Below the pieces are notes generated by a model. It did no database searches and had not been told where the DNA came from. It was given only the letters and a program-made list of their open reading frames with translations. Below are positions 18,711 through 26,767 of a stretch of 27,171 bases of DNA, piece by piece. The translations under genes and the position numbers were made by a program. Each line of letters starts with the position of its first letter. Position 1 is the first letter of the stretch. Source of the DNA: a virus (taxonomy: Duplodnaviria; Caudoviricetes); IMG/VR virus record IMGVR_UViG_3300012953_000179, positions 1 to 27,171 of that record, one strand, 5' to 3'.

Positions 18711-21238
18711 ACGAGTGGATTGAAGAAGTACAGATGATTCTTCAGGCTATTACCGGCGATGTCATGGATTTCTCTGATATGTCTGAAGAAGAGACTCTTG
18801 AATACATAGAGAATCTCGATCCTGCTTTACTTGAAGCAGTACACAATCAGCTGGGTGATCCTGAAATAGATGAAATGTCAGATGCTCGCCTTATGGCTGA
18901 GATGGCTTTTATGTTCGCACCAATAGGTAAAGCAAAGTGGTTATTTAAAGGGGCGAAAGGGCTTATTGGTAAACTCGCTCCTAAAGTAGCTAAAGGTGAA
19001 AAAATTTTACCAAGAAAGGTTTTATACAACACTTCAATGGGTGGGTTAAAATCTAGCGACCCAAAGAATGTTTCACATTTAGCAGGTAATATACCACGAG
19101 GTCGAACTACTGCCGGTGCTGGACGAACAGCAAGTCTTCCACAGCAAACAGGAGGGCTTAGACCGACAGGTCCAGTAAATGCAGTTCCGAAATGGAATGC
19201 TGGTACTGGTATGAGGGACAGTTACATGTCTAAATACGGTGCGCCTTTAGGTGCAAAGATGGAAGCGTTTAACACCACTTCTGGTAAGTACGTCAAGGAA
19301 CTTATGGCTGGAACTGGAATGGTTGGCGCTGGTTATTTAGAGTACATGAACAGACGAACTCCCGGATTACCCGGAAGTGATGTGATGAGAGATGACGATG
19401 AATCTGGTGGCTCTGATTCGCCTACTTATGGAATGGGAGGTGGTATAGGGGATGATGGTTCTCTGACATACGGTACGTCTGAAAGCCAAGAGATTATTAA
19501 AAAACTAGCTTGGGAAGGTCACACTGTAAATTCTGCTAACGACAAGTTTATGCGTGTCGTATTAGAACAACCTCATGTAATGGGTGCAACGCCACAAGAT
19601 TTCAATACGTTGGAACAGTATCTAGCTAACGATCAGGACAACTTGAATGTTATAAACGTAACAGCTGGTGAGGGTCGGACTAGATTAGGTGATTTTATGC
19701 GAGAGGAGTGGCATAACATTCCCGGATTGCATGAACAGTTACTTGATGAAGCGCACCGAAGATTTGACGATTTTATTCATAGTTCAGATATGGATATAGA
19801 GGTTTTAGCTGACATATCAATGTTGGGTAATGATGAAGAAGCAATGTGGGACGATATTTTAAGTGGTTACCCAGTGCAATCTATGGATTATTTGGGTATG
19901 GAACCAGCAGGTCCACATTCGCAAACCCAACAACAAAACATTATTGAATACATGGAGAAAGAATTCGGCAAGGAGATAACAAGCAAGGTTCTTTCAGGTG
20001 CTAGAGATCAAGTGATTGAAAATTATATTACGGAACACACAAGAGCGAACCCATATATGATTACGAACAATGAAGGCGGTATGATTACTGGCTTTGATGA
20101 AGCGTATGACACTTCCAGTTTTGGGCAAGTAACTTCGCTTGAGGATCTTTTCTCAGGGGAGTATGGGGTTAAAGTCGGACCAGTACACGCGGCTTCTTAT
20201 CTTAAAGATTTGTTCCATCGGACTAACGAAGGTGGTTCAACTGGTTCTTCTGTAATAGCGTCATTCCAGCAAACGATGTATGCGATGGGTTATATGGATG
20301 ACACTATAGGTCAGTTACCTGCTCCTGATATGTGGGGTCATGTTGACGATCAGACGATAGAAGCATTCAAAGCAGTGCAATGGGATATTGTTCAAAATGT
20401 TGATGAAGCCCGACGCTTGGGTATAGAACCTGATGTTAAAAGCCTTTGGAAAGAGATGCAGAACGAAGGAGTTATCCAAAGGATGGCTACATCTGACATG
20501 GACCCAGAAGGACAGTTCAGAGTAGATGCGTCTAACAGGTTCGCTAATCATGCTAAAGCAAAATTTGCTAAGAGACTCGTTCCTATGATGAACATGCCTG
20601 AAGAAGAAATAAACAAGAACATAGATCAAGTGTTGAGTGATATGACCGCCGAGGAAAGAAACATGGCTTGGGGTATGGGCGGTAATCCTGATGAGGTTGC
20701 GATGGCTGGAGAGATTCTAAAATCTTTTTATAACGATGATTCTGATTGGGGTAGCAATATACGGTTCGGACATAACAATTCAGATTTTATGAACTATGCC
20801 AATAAGGTCGGTGCTTTAACAGATAAAGAAAGACAGCAACACGCGGCTGACCTTATGGAAGGTCGTTCTGGTTCAATCGGGAAAGATGTGGCTATATCAA
20901 ATTTCTTAATGATGCTTGATGGTGATATTACAAACTCTACAAGGACTGAGATTCGATCAGGGTTGGCTAGATACGCAAACACTATAGGTTTTGAACACTC
21001 AAGAAATAATGGGTTCACCGCTGATGACATTTTCCAGAGAGCAGATGCAGGCTTGTCAGCGGCGCGTTCAGCTGACACTACAGATTATGACGAGTTGATG
21101 ACAACCTTAGAAGGTAGATTGGATCTTCTGCAAGATTACAGCTCTCGCGGTATCAGTTCAGCTAACGCAGTTCTTTGGGGTAGTACGATGCCTAGAGTTA
21201 GTATGCCTGTGCGTGATAAGGGGGGCAAAGCATTATGA
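18707..21238 (+). CDS. Probable internal virion/ejection protein with peptidoglycan-binding domain
   Basis: ATGA-coupled to the giant gene. PG_binding_1-like segment GSSVIASFQQTMYAMGY...WGHVDDQTIEAFKAVQ at about 20243-20380. Confidence 0.65.
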   Translation: MNEWIEEVQMILQAITGDVMDFSDMSEEETLEYIENLDPALLEAVHNQLGDPEIDEMSDARLMAEMAFMFAPIGKAKWLFKGAKGLIGKLAPKVAKGEKILPRKVLYNTSMGGLKSSDPKNVSHLAGNIPRGRTTAGAGRTASLPQQTGGLRPTGPVNAVPKWNAGTGMRDSYMSKYGAPLGAKMEAFNTTSGKYVKELMAGTGMVGAGYLEYMNRRTPGLPGSDVMRDDDESGGSDSPTYGMGGGIGDDGSLTYGTSESQEIIKKLAWEGHTVNSANDKFMRVVLEQPHVMGATPQDFNTLEQYLANDQDNLNVINVTAGEGRTRLGDFMREEWHNIPGLHEQLLDEAHRRFDDFIHSSDMDIEVLADISMLGNDEEAMWDDILSGYPVQSMDYLGMEPAGPHSQTQQQNIIEYMEKEFGKEITSKVLSGARDQVIENYITEHTRANPYMITNNEGGMITGFDEAYDTSSFGQVTSLEDLFSGEYGVKVGPVHAASYLKDLFHRTNEGGSTGSSVIASFQQTMYAMGYMDDTIGQLPAPDMWGHVDDQTIEAFKAVQWDIVQNVDEARRLGIEPDVKSLWKEMQNEGVIQRMATSDMDPEGQFRVDASNRFANHAKAKFAKRLVPMMNMPEEEINKNIDQVLSDMTAEERNMAWGMGGNPDEVAMAGEILKSFYNDDSDWGSNIRFGHNNSDFMNYANKVGALTDKERQQHAADLMEGRSGSIGKDVAISNFLMMLDGDITNSTRTEIRSGLARYANTIGFEHSRNNGFTADDIFQRADAGLSAARSADTTDYDELMTTLEGRLDLLQDYSSRGISSANAVLWGSTMPRVSMPVRDKGGKAL

Positions 21239-22287
21239 GCTACACACCAGAAGAAGGCAATCTCCACTCTGACGAAATTTTACAGCTTGCTATGGATGCA
21301 GGGTTTTCTTTTGAAGAAGCTCAGACTGCTACTGGTATTGCTTTAGCTGAATCAAACGGTGACCCTGCTAAGTGGACTAAGAATGATAGTGGTGGTGCGT
21401 ATGGTTTATGGCAGATTTCAGGAGTTAATAAGCAATGGGCAATAGATAATATTGAAGGTATCAACTCTGTAGAAGATTTGTATGATCCAGTTCTTAATTC
21501 TAAAGCGGCATTCGCTGTAGCTATGCACCATTCTTATAGTAAACCTAGAACAACTCCTAATTGGGAGCATTTCGACGGTCATAAAACAATGGATACATTT
21601 AATATGTATGCAGTAGGTAACTGGCGGACAGAAGGACTTCCATCCGCCAGTCAAGAAGGTAAAAATGCTGGTATGCGTTATTCGGAGATGCTTAGAGAGG
21701 GACATGGGCTTTCGGGTGATGAAGGGCGTTTGCATCCTGAGACTGTTGATTTAGATAATGTTTTGGATCCGTCTAATGTGGGTGATATGACTGTAGAGGA
21801 AATTAAAGATAAATATAATTTAGGGTTACATGCTCGTATTGGTAGGAGTGCTGAAGCTTTTATAGATAGTAGTAAGGGTCATGTGCGTCCTGTTGTGGGG
21901 AGGGTAGAACCTCAATTTGCTGAAGAATGGATAAGGAATCTTGAAGGTAAGGGAGAAACTAAGCTGGCTAATAGTTTACGTCGTGCTAATTTGCCTGCTG
22001 GTAATTCTATTATGTTTGATTATCCGAACGGACCGGAGTGGGCTGAAAGAAATGCTCGTAGGTTTGGTATAAAATTATGGGATGGTATTAAAGAATTAGG
22101 CAGTATGGCAAGTGATGGTCTTGAATATGATGTGAAGTTGCTTAAGTCTGATCCTGTTGGTATAAGAAGTTGGTTATGGAGTGTGCTTATGGAAGATAGT
22201 GTATCAGACAGACTGAAAGAAATGACACCTGAATCAGTACCTGAAAGAGCTGGTCCTTCCAGAAAAGGTGGTGTTGTCGATGAGTGA
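21235..22287 (+). CDS. Virion-associated lytic transglycosylase (SLT/lysozyme-like N-terminal domain)
   Basis: AGFS...ATGIALAES.GDP.A..., catalytic Glu at 21349, YGLWQI, DLYDPVLNSKAAFAV. Confidence 0.85.
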   Translation: MSYTPEEGNLHSDEILQLAMDAGFSFEEAQTATGIALAESNGDPAKWTKNDSGGAYGLWQISGVNKQWAIDNIEGINSVEDLYDPVLNSKAAFAVAMHHSYSKPRTTPNWEHFDGHKTMDTFNMYAVGNWRTEGLPSASQEGKNAGMRYSEMLREGHGLSGDEGRLHPETVDLDNVLDPSNVGDMTVEEIKDKYNLGLHARIGRSAEAFIDSSKGHVRPVVGRVEPQFAEEWIRNLEGKGETKLANSLRRANLPAGNSIMFDYPNGPEWAERNARRFGIKLWDGIKELGSMASDGLEYDVKLLKSDPVGIRSWLWSVLMEDSVSDRLKEMTPESVPERAGPSRKGGVVDE

Positions 22288-23239
22288 CGAAGAGGGACTG
22301 CCTAACAATTTAGATGCTTGGATGGGGCATCATTGGGCTTATCAGATCCCTGAACTTAAATCTTATGTAGATTCGTTTGTTCAAAAAATAGAAGATGAGA
22401 CATATGCGATCGCGGATATGTCGATTCTTAAAGAAATCTTTCTAGCTGGTATTCGCGATACAGCTTGGTGGACTGGTGAAGGGCAACATGAACCGAACCG
22501 CAACATGGATATGTTGCAACACACCGATCCTGAAACTTATAACGCTCTTATTAAAGAAGAAGCTGAAAGATTAAAGGGGATACTTGAAGGCGCTGGGTAC
22601 CGTAACGTTTCTAGGGACACTCTCGAACTTCTTGGAGAAGCTAGTTTAAGGTCAGCTGTAGACGGTTGGGGTGACGCTGAGGTTAAGCACAACTTCACTT
22701 ATGGTTGGATACCTGAAGATCAAAAAGAATTAGGCACAGGAAGCATCACAGAGCAAGCGGATGATCTAGTTCAACTAGCGTTAGGTAATGGTATAACTTT
22801 GTCTGCTACTGAAGCTGAAAGATTAGCGGCAGATTTATGGTCGGGGACTAAAGACGCAACTCAAGCAAGAGCAGGAATTTATGCTGATGCTCGTGTGGCT
22901 AACCCTTGGCTATCTGAGGATGAATGGGATCGTATAGAATCAAGCGGTTCCACATTAGATGCAAGATTTTTGAACACTAGAACTGCTGTTGCTGATGCTT
23001 GGGGGCTACCTAATGCTGACAACTTGCACATTAGCGACCCTTGGTTCCAGTCCAACATGACTTATCAAGCTGAAGATGGAACAACAAAAATGTTGGATCC
23101 AATAGCGGCAGGCAGGCTTGCTCGTTCAGCTGATGGTAAAACGCCTACTCCTCAATATGCGAGAACAGCAGAGTATAAGAGGAAGCAGGGGCAATCTGAT
23201 CGAACTATTTTAGAGCTACTAGGGGCGGTTAGTTTATGA
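22280..23239 (+). CDS. Probable internal virion protein
   Basis: Helical acidic ORF in the ejection block. ATG 22280 with GGTGG upstream overlaps the previous stop. Confidence 0.6.
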   Translation: MSDEEGLPNNLDAWMGHHWAYQIPELKSYVDSFVQKIEDETYAIADMSILKEIFLAGIRDTAWWTGEGQHEPNRNMDMLQHTDPETYNALIKEEAERLKGILEGAGYRNVSRDTLELLGEASLRSAVDGWGDAEVKHNFTYGWIPEDQKELGTGSITEQADDLVQLALGNGITLSATEAERLAADLWSGTKDATQARAGIYADARVANPWLSEDEWDRIESSGSTLDARFLNTRTAVADAWGLPNADNLHISDPWFQSNMTYQAEDGTTKMLDPIAAGRLARSADGKTPTPQYARTAEYKRKQGQSDRTILELLGAVSL

Positions 23240-24549
23240 GCGATTTATTATATGATTCACAACAAGATCACCCGGATTGGGGTTGGAGACAGGACGCTAA
23301 CGTAAAGGCAGGGCGAAGCCCTTGGTATAACAGCATTGCGGTTGAAGAAGGCATGATGACCCATGAACAAGCTCAAGCTGTAGGGGAACAAAGAGAAGGT
23401 CAAATAAGTCGTATGTCTGACGCGAATGTTTACGGCGTTGATCTTTCAAATGAGTATGAAATGCAAGGTGGCGATAGTCGGCGACATTCTCCTACAGGTA
23501 TGGGGTTCAAAGATTGGATGGAATCACAAGGTTTGTATGAATCTTATCTTCGTGGTGAAGAAAGCATGGCTTGGGATAGTTATATGCTTGGTAGCGGTGG
23601 CAACATGTATCAGCAAACAGGTGCTGGTGGTGCAGGCGGTGGTCTTACTCCTGCTGGCAGAGTTGGTTCTGAAGGTTTTGGTGGTGCAGGCACAGGAACA
23701 AGTAAAGGAGATTTCACTACAGCTTTAAGCGCTATAGGCATACCTTTAGATATGGCAGATGAACTATGGGGTTGGGCGCAGGAAAAAGTTTTAGATCCCA
23801 CATATGATTTAGCTAATATTACGTTAGACGTACAGCAGACTGATGCGTTTAAACAAAGGTTCCCAGCTATTGATGCGATGCGGAGTGCTGAAGTTACTCC
23901 TGTGTCTCCGTCAGATTATATAAACTTTGAAACTAATGTTAAGAAACTTTTAACTAAATATAATATTGAAGGTCAATCTCTTAATTTTGATGGGCTAATC
24001 ACAAGTTTGCTTGTTAATACAGTTGGAGAAGTTGAAGTAGAGAACCGTTTAAATAGTGCTATGAGGATTCTTGGTAATGTCCCAACTGAAGTAACTGATA
24101 TGTATTACGAATGGTTCGGTGAAGATGTTGGCATGTCAAACCTAATGAAAACTTTCCTTGATCCTAATGATGAATGGGGTGGAAGTTGGCAAGAGATACA
24201 AGACGAAGTAGCTACAGCTGAAGTAGGGGGCTGGGCTAGGATGCGTTTAAATTTAGATACTTCTATGGATATGAGAGAAGAATCAGCTAGAGCAATAGCC
24301 GATCAAGGTTTAACTCAAAGAGAAATATGGGCGAAGTTAGATAATCTTCAAACTAAGTCAGCTCTTTTCGCTGAAAAAATAGGTGAAGAGGATCTTAGTA
24401 TTGAACAAGAAGGTATCGAACAGGTATTCGGATTGGATGATAGTGAATCAGTTCAACGAAGGGAAGAGGAAAGGCGAGCAGAATTCGCTGGTGGAGGTGG
24501 TGCTATAGTGAGTGGCACAGTAACAGGATTTGGGAGCGCTAATGCCTAA
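23236..24549 (+). CDS. Probable internal virion protein
   Basis: ATGA coupling and a Gly-rich linker. QTDAFKQRFPA...SPSDYINFE and C-terminal ERRAEFAGGGG resemble motifs I associate with actinophage internal proteins. Confidence 0.6.
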   Translation: MSDLLYDSQQDHPDWGWRQDANVKAGRSPWYNSIAVEEGMMTHEQAQAVGEQREGQISRMSDANVYGVDLSNEYEMQGGDSRRHSPTGMGFKDWMESQGLYESYLRGEESMAWDSYMLGSGGNMYQQTGAGGAGGGLTPAGRVGSEGFGGAGTGTSKGDFTTALSAIGIPLDMADELWGWAQEKVLDPTYDLANITLDVQQTDAFKQRFPAIDAMRSAEVTPVSPSDYINFETNVKKLLTKYNIEGQSLNFDGLITSLLVNTVGEVEVENRLNSAMRILGNVPTEVTDMYYEWFGEDVGMSNLMKTFLDPNDEWGGSWQEIQDEVATAEVGGWARMRLNLDTSMDMREESARAIADQGLTQREIWAKLDNLQTKSALFAEKIGEEDLSIEQEGIEQVFGLDDSESVQRREEERRAEFAGGGGAIVSGTVTGFGSANA

Positions 24550-24625
24550 ATATCAAACAAGCTCTTCCAAAGGGAAAGCTAAGAAAGTACCATATAAAAA
24601 GGTAAAGAAAGGTAAACGTAAATAA
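24542..24625 (+). CDS. 27-aa highly basic peptide (MPKYQTSSSKGKAKKVPYKKVKKGKRK), absent from the ORF track
   Basis: GGGAG RBS upstream. The start overlaps the previous gene's end, and the stop forms TAATG with the holin start, so it fills the gap exactly. Confidence 0.7.
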   Translation: MPKYQTSSSKGKAKKVPYKKVKKGKRK

Positions 24626-24813
24626 TGTTTAACAGAGACGTACTAGAGAGAGTGATTGCCACATTCGCGCAGTCATTCCTTGCTGTGTTCACCATTGGTG
24701 ACATGGGAAGCATGAAAGCGGCTGGACTTGCAGGAGCTACTGCTGTTCTCAGCCTTGTTAAGAGCGTTGTTGCCAAGCAGTTTGGTGATGGATCGGCTTC
24801 AGCCGCCAGCTAA
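24625..24813 (+). CDS. Holin, r1t-like family
   Basis: DVLERVIATFAQSFLAV...AAGLAGATAVLSLVKS..A...G..SAS: two-TM holin pattern common in actinophages. Confidence 0.85.
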   Translation: MFNRDVLERVIATFAQSFLAVFTIGDMGSMKAAGLAGATAVLSLVKSVVAKQFGDGSASAAS

Positions 24814-25289
24814 TGACTGACGTTACCGACCTTAAACAAGTCAAAGTATCTAGGATAACCCTCGGACTTATCATGTCCGTGGCTATCACCAGTGGAGTCG
24901 TCGTATGGAATGCGGCTAGTATTGCTGGCAGGATAGATGATTTGGAAAAACAGGTGCAGGTAATTGAAGGAAACACTGGGACAGACAGTACAGTTCTGGC
25001 AAAACTTGATGAAATATCTCAAGGGGTCATGGAAAATGCTGACGGTCTTGATGATCTGCGGAGCGCTAGGATCGATGACCTTAGCCGTTTTACTCCTGCT
25101 CACATTACAAGCGCTATGGCGGCTGATGTAGAAATAATCAGAGATGATGTCGATGAAATGAAAGAGATCATTGCTTCTATGGCTTGGGTTCCTTCAGAAT
25201 TTAGTACGATCTGGGATCGTATATATCTAGCTGAAGAAGCTATCCAAAGTAAGAACTGGGGTAGAGACTTCTACGAAGAAAATGAATAA
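24813..25289 (+). CDS. Membrane-anchored coiled-coil protein (lysis-module associated, putative)
   Basis: N-terminal TM (ITLGLIMSVAITSGVVVW) followed by heptad-like acidic helices. Coupled to the holin. Confidence 0.6.
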   Translation: MTDVTDLKQVKVSRITLGLIMSVAITSGVVVWNAASIAGRIDDLEKQVQVIEGNTGTDSTVLAKLDEISQGVMENADGLDDLRSARIDDLSRFTPAHITSAMAADVEIIRDDVDEMKEIIASMAWVPSEFSTIWDRIYLAEEAIQSKNWGRDFYEENE

Positions 25290-25464
25290 GACTGTTAAGC
25301 TCATTACTGCGATAACAGCCTTATTGGTTGCTATAGGTACTTTAATCGGAACGATCACTGTTACTTTAGGTAAGGGTGATGATGGCTCTAAGTATTCTTA
25401 CACCACAATAGTTCTAGATAGTGAGGAAGCATATGAAGCATTCCTTTCTAGTCATCCCGGCTGA
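25282..25464 (+). CDS. Small membrane protein
   Basis: 60 aa with an N-terminal basic residue and the hydrophobic helix LITAITALLVAIGTLIGTITV. Overlaps both neighbours. Confidence 0.6.
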   Translation: MNKTVKLITAITALLVAIGTLIGTITVTLGKGDDGSKYSYTTIVLDSEEAYEAFLSSHPG

Positions 25465-25709
25465 TGCCAAAAGTTTGGATCGACCAAGACTTATGTACAG
25501 GTGATGGGTTATGCGAAGAGATAGCACCCGATGTATTCTTTGGGCATGATGACGGCTTATTTTATGTAAGAGAAGTAGGCACTCCTGTACCTAAAGAACC
25601 CACTCACCGTATGGGAGAGTCAGTTAAAGTACCTGACCACCTGTTAGAAGTGGTTATTGAAGCGGCAGAAGAATGTCCCGGAGAGTGCATATTCCTTGAT
25701 GCGGACTGA
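25464..25709 (+). CDS. Single-cluster ferredoxin (CxxDxxC...CP), actinobacterial type
   Basis: KVWIDQDLCTGDGLCEEIAPDVF...DDGL.YV...EAAEECPGECI. TGATG-coupled start. Confidence 0.93.
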   Translation: MPKVWIDQDLCTGDGLCEEIAPDVFFGHDDGLFYVREVGTPVPKEPTHRMGESVKVPDHLLEVVIEAAEECPGECIFLDAD

Positions 25710-25723
25710 TATTCCGCTATAAT
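25696..25723 (+). promoter_or_regulatory. Sigma-70/SigA-type promoter for scaffold-capsid genes
   Basis: TTGATG (25696-25701), 16-nt spacer and a perfect TATAAT (25718-25723), at the start of the only long intergenic gap. Confidence 0.65.
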
Positions 25724-25729
25724 AATCTT

Positions 25730-25905
25730 ATTGGCCGTTGGCGAGCCGTTAGCTCGGCCCATCGTGTGCCACAACCATTAGGATCACCCACGCCCTTAAT
25801 GAGTATGTAGTGGAGGTTGAACCAGATAGTGACGACTGGGGATACGAGTTAGTCACACCCCGCATAGTTCCTCCGACTATGTGCGACAGTAAAGGAGTGA
25901 TAGAT
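25730..25905 (+). ncRNA. Candidate structured cis-regulatory 5' leader RNA
   Basis: GC-richer non-coding stretch with four predicted hairpins and two potential loop pairings, ending at SD AAAGGAG (25891-25897). Confidence 0.5.
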
Positions 25906-26376
25906 ATGGCAGATGAAACCAGTGGTATCAAGGAATTACGAGATGCCGCAGAACGTGGTCGTCAAGCTTCTCAAGAACTTGAGGAGATGAAACGAGAAAT
26001 GGCGTTTATGAAAGCTGGTGTTGATACTGACACAAAAGCTGGTCAGTTGTTGTTTAAGGCTTATGATGGAGAACTGGATACAGAATCCATACAAGCTGAA
26101 TGGCAAGAATTGAATCCCAATCCAGTAGTGGAGACACAACCGGAAACGGAACCTGTAACTACAGATGCTACTGATACACAAGTAGCAGAAGAACGACAGG
26201 CACTAGCAGATAGTAGTGTTTCAGTAGAGTCAAATACACAGAGTCCTTATGACCAAGGCTTTGAGAAGTTTCAGGAAGCGTACAATGCAGGTCGTCCGAA
26301 AGATGAATCGGCGGCGGCTTTTGTACACACTGTTCTTGAAGCGGCAGGTCAAGGTGATGAACGAGTACTTGGCTGA
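25906..26376 (+). CDS. Capsid scaffolding protein (putative)
   Basis: Strong SD before ATG 25906. Acidic protein with an N-terminal coiled coil (ELRDAAER...ELEEMKREMAF) and a Pro/Thr linker, upstream of the capsid gene. Confidence 0.7.
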   Translation: MADETSGIKELRDAAERGRQASQELEEMKREMAFMKAGVDTDTKAGQLLFKAYDGELDTESIQAEWQELNPNPVVETQPETEPVTTDATDTQVAEERQALADSSVSVESNTQSPYDQGFEKFQEAYNAGRPKDESAAAFVHTVLEAAGQGDERVLG

Positions 26377-26382
26377 CGTTAA

Positions 26383-26751
26383 ATGCCTACTTATGTTTAT
26401 GAATGCAAGGTGTGTACTCCTCCGGTACTTTGGGAGTTAGTACAAAGCATGAAGGACGAACCTGTAAAGGTTTGCCCACATTGTGGCAAGGATTCCGCGA
26501 AGCGGATTCTTCAGTCACCAGCTTTAACAGCTGATGCTACTCCGAACAGAACTGGTAATAAGGTTCCTCCAAGAAAGGCACAGCCTAATTGGGAGAAAGG
26601 AAAAGCCGGTGAGCATAGGGCAGATGGGTCTTTTGTCCCATACCGCAAGGCTGACGGTTCGACCATACCTATTAAAGAATTTACTGATAATCGCTCCAAG
26701 TATGAGGGGATGTTGCGGGATAAAGAAAAACGTAAATCCACTATTAAATAA
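26383..26751 (+). CDS. FmdB-family zinc-ribbon protein
   Basis: MPTYVYECKVC...ELVQSM.D....CPHCG....RILQSP, followed by a basic C-terminal extension. Confidence 0.85.
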   Translation: MPTYVYECKVCTPPVLWELVQSMKDEPVKVCPHCGKDSAKRILQSPALTADATPNRTGNKVPPRKAQPNWEKGKAGEHRADGSFVPYRKADGSTIPIKEFTDNRSKYEGMLRDKEKRKSTIK

Positions 26752-26767
26752 AGGAGTGTGAATCAAC

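Noticed and set aside
19361-19375. CCCGGA direct repeat
   Set aside because: It simply encodes PGLPG under CCWGG avoidance.
25701-25717. GCGGA/TCCGC hairpin as terminator after the ferredoxin
   Set aside because: Only 5 bp with no U-tract, and it lies in the promoter spacer.
25810-25905. N-terminal extension of scaffold from GTG 25810
   Set aside because: There is no SD before 25810, whereas a strong AAAGGAG precedes ATG 25906. The region is better explained as structured leader.
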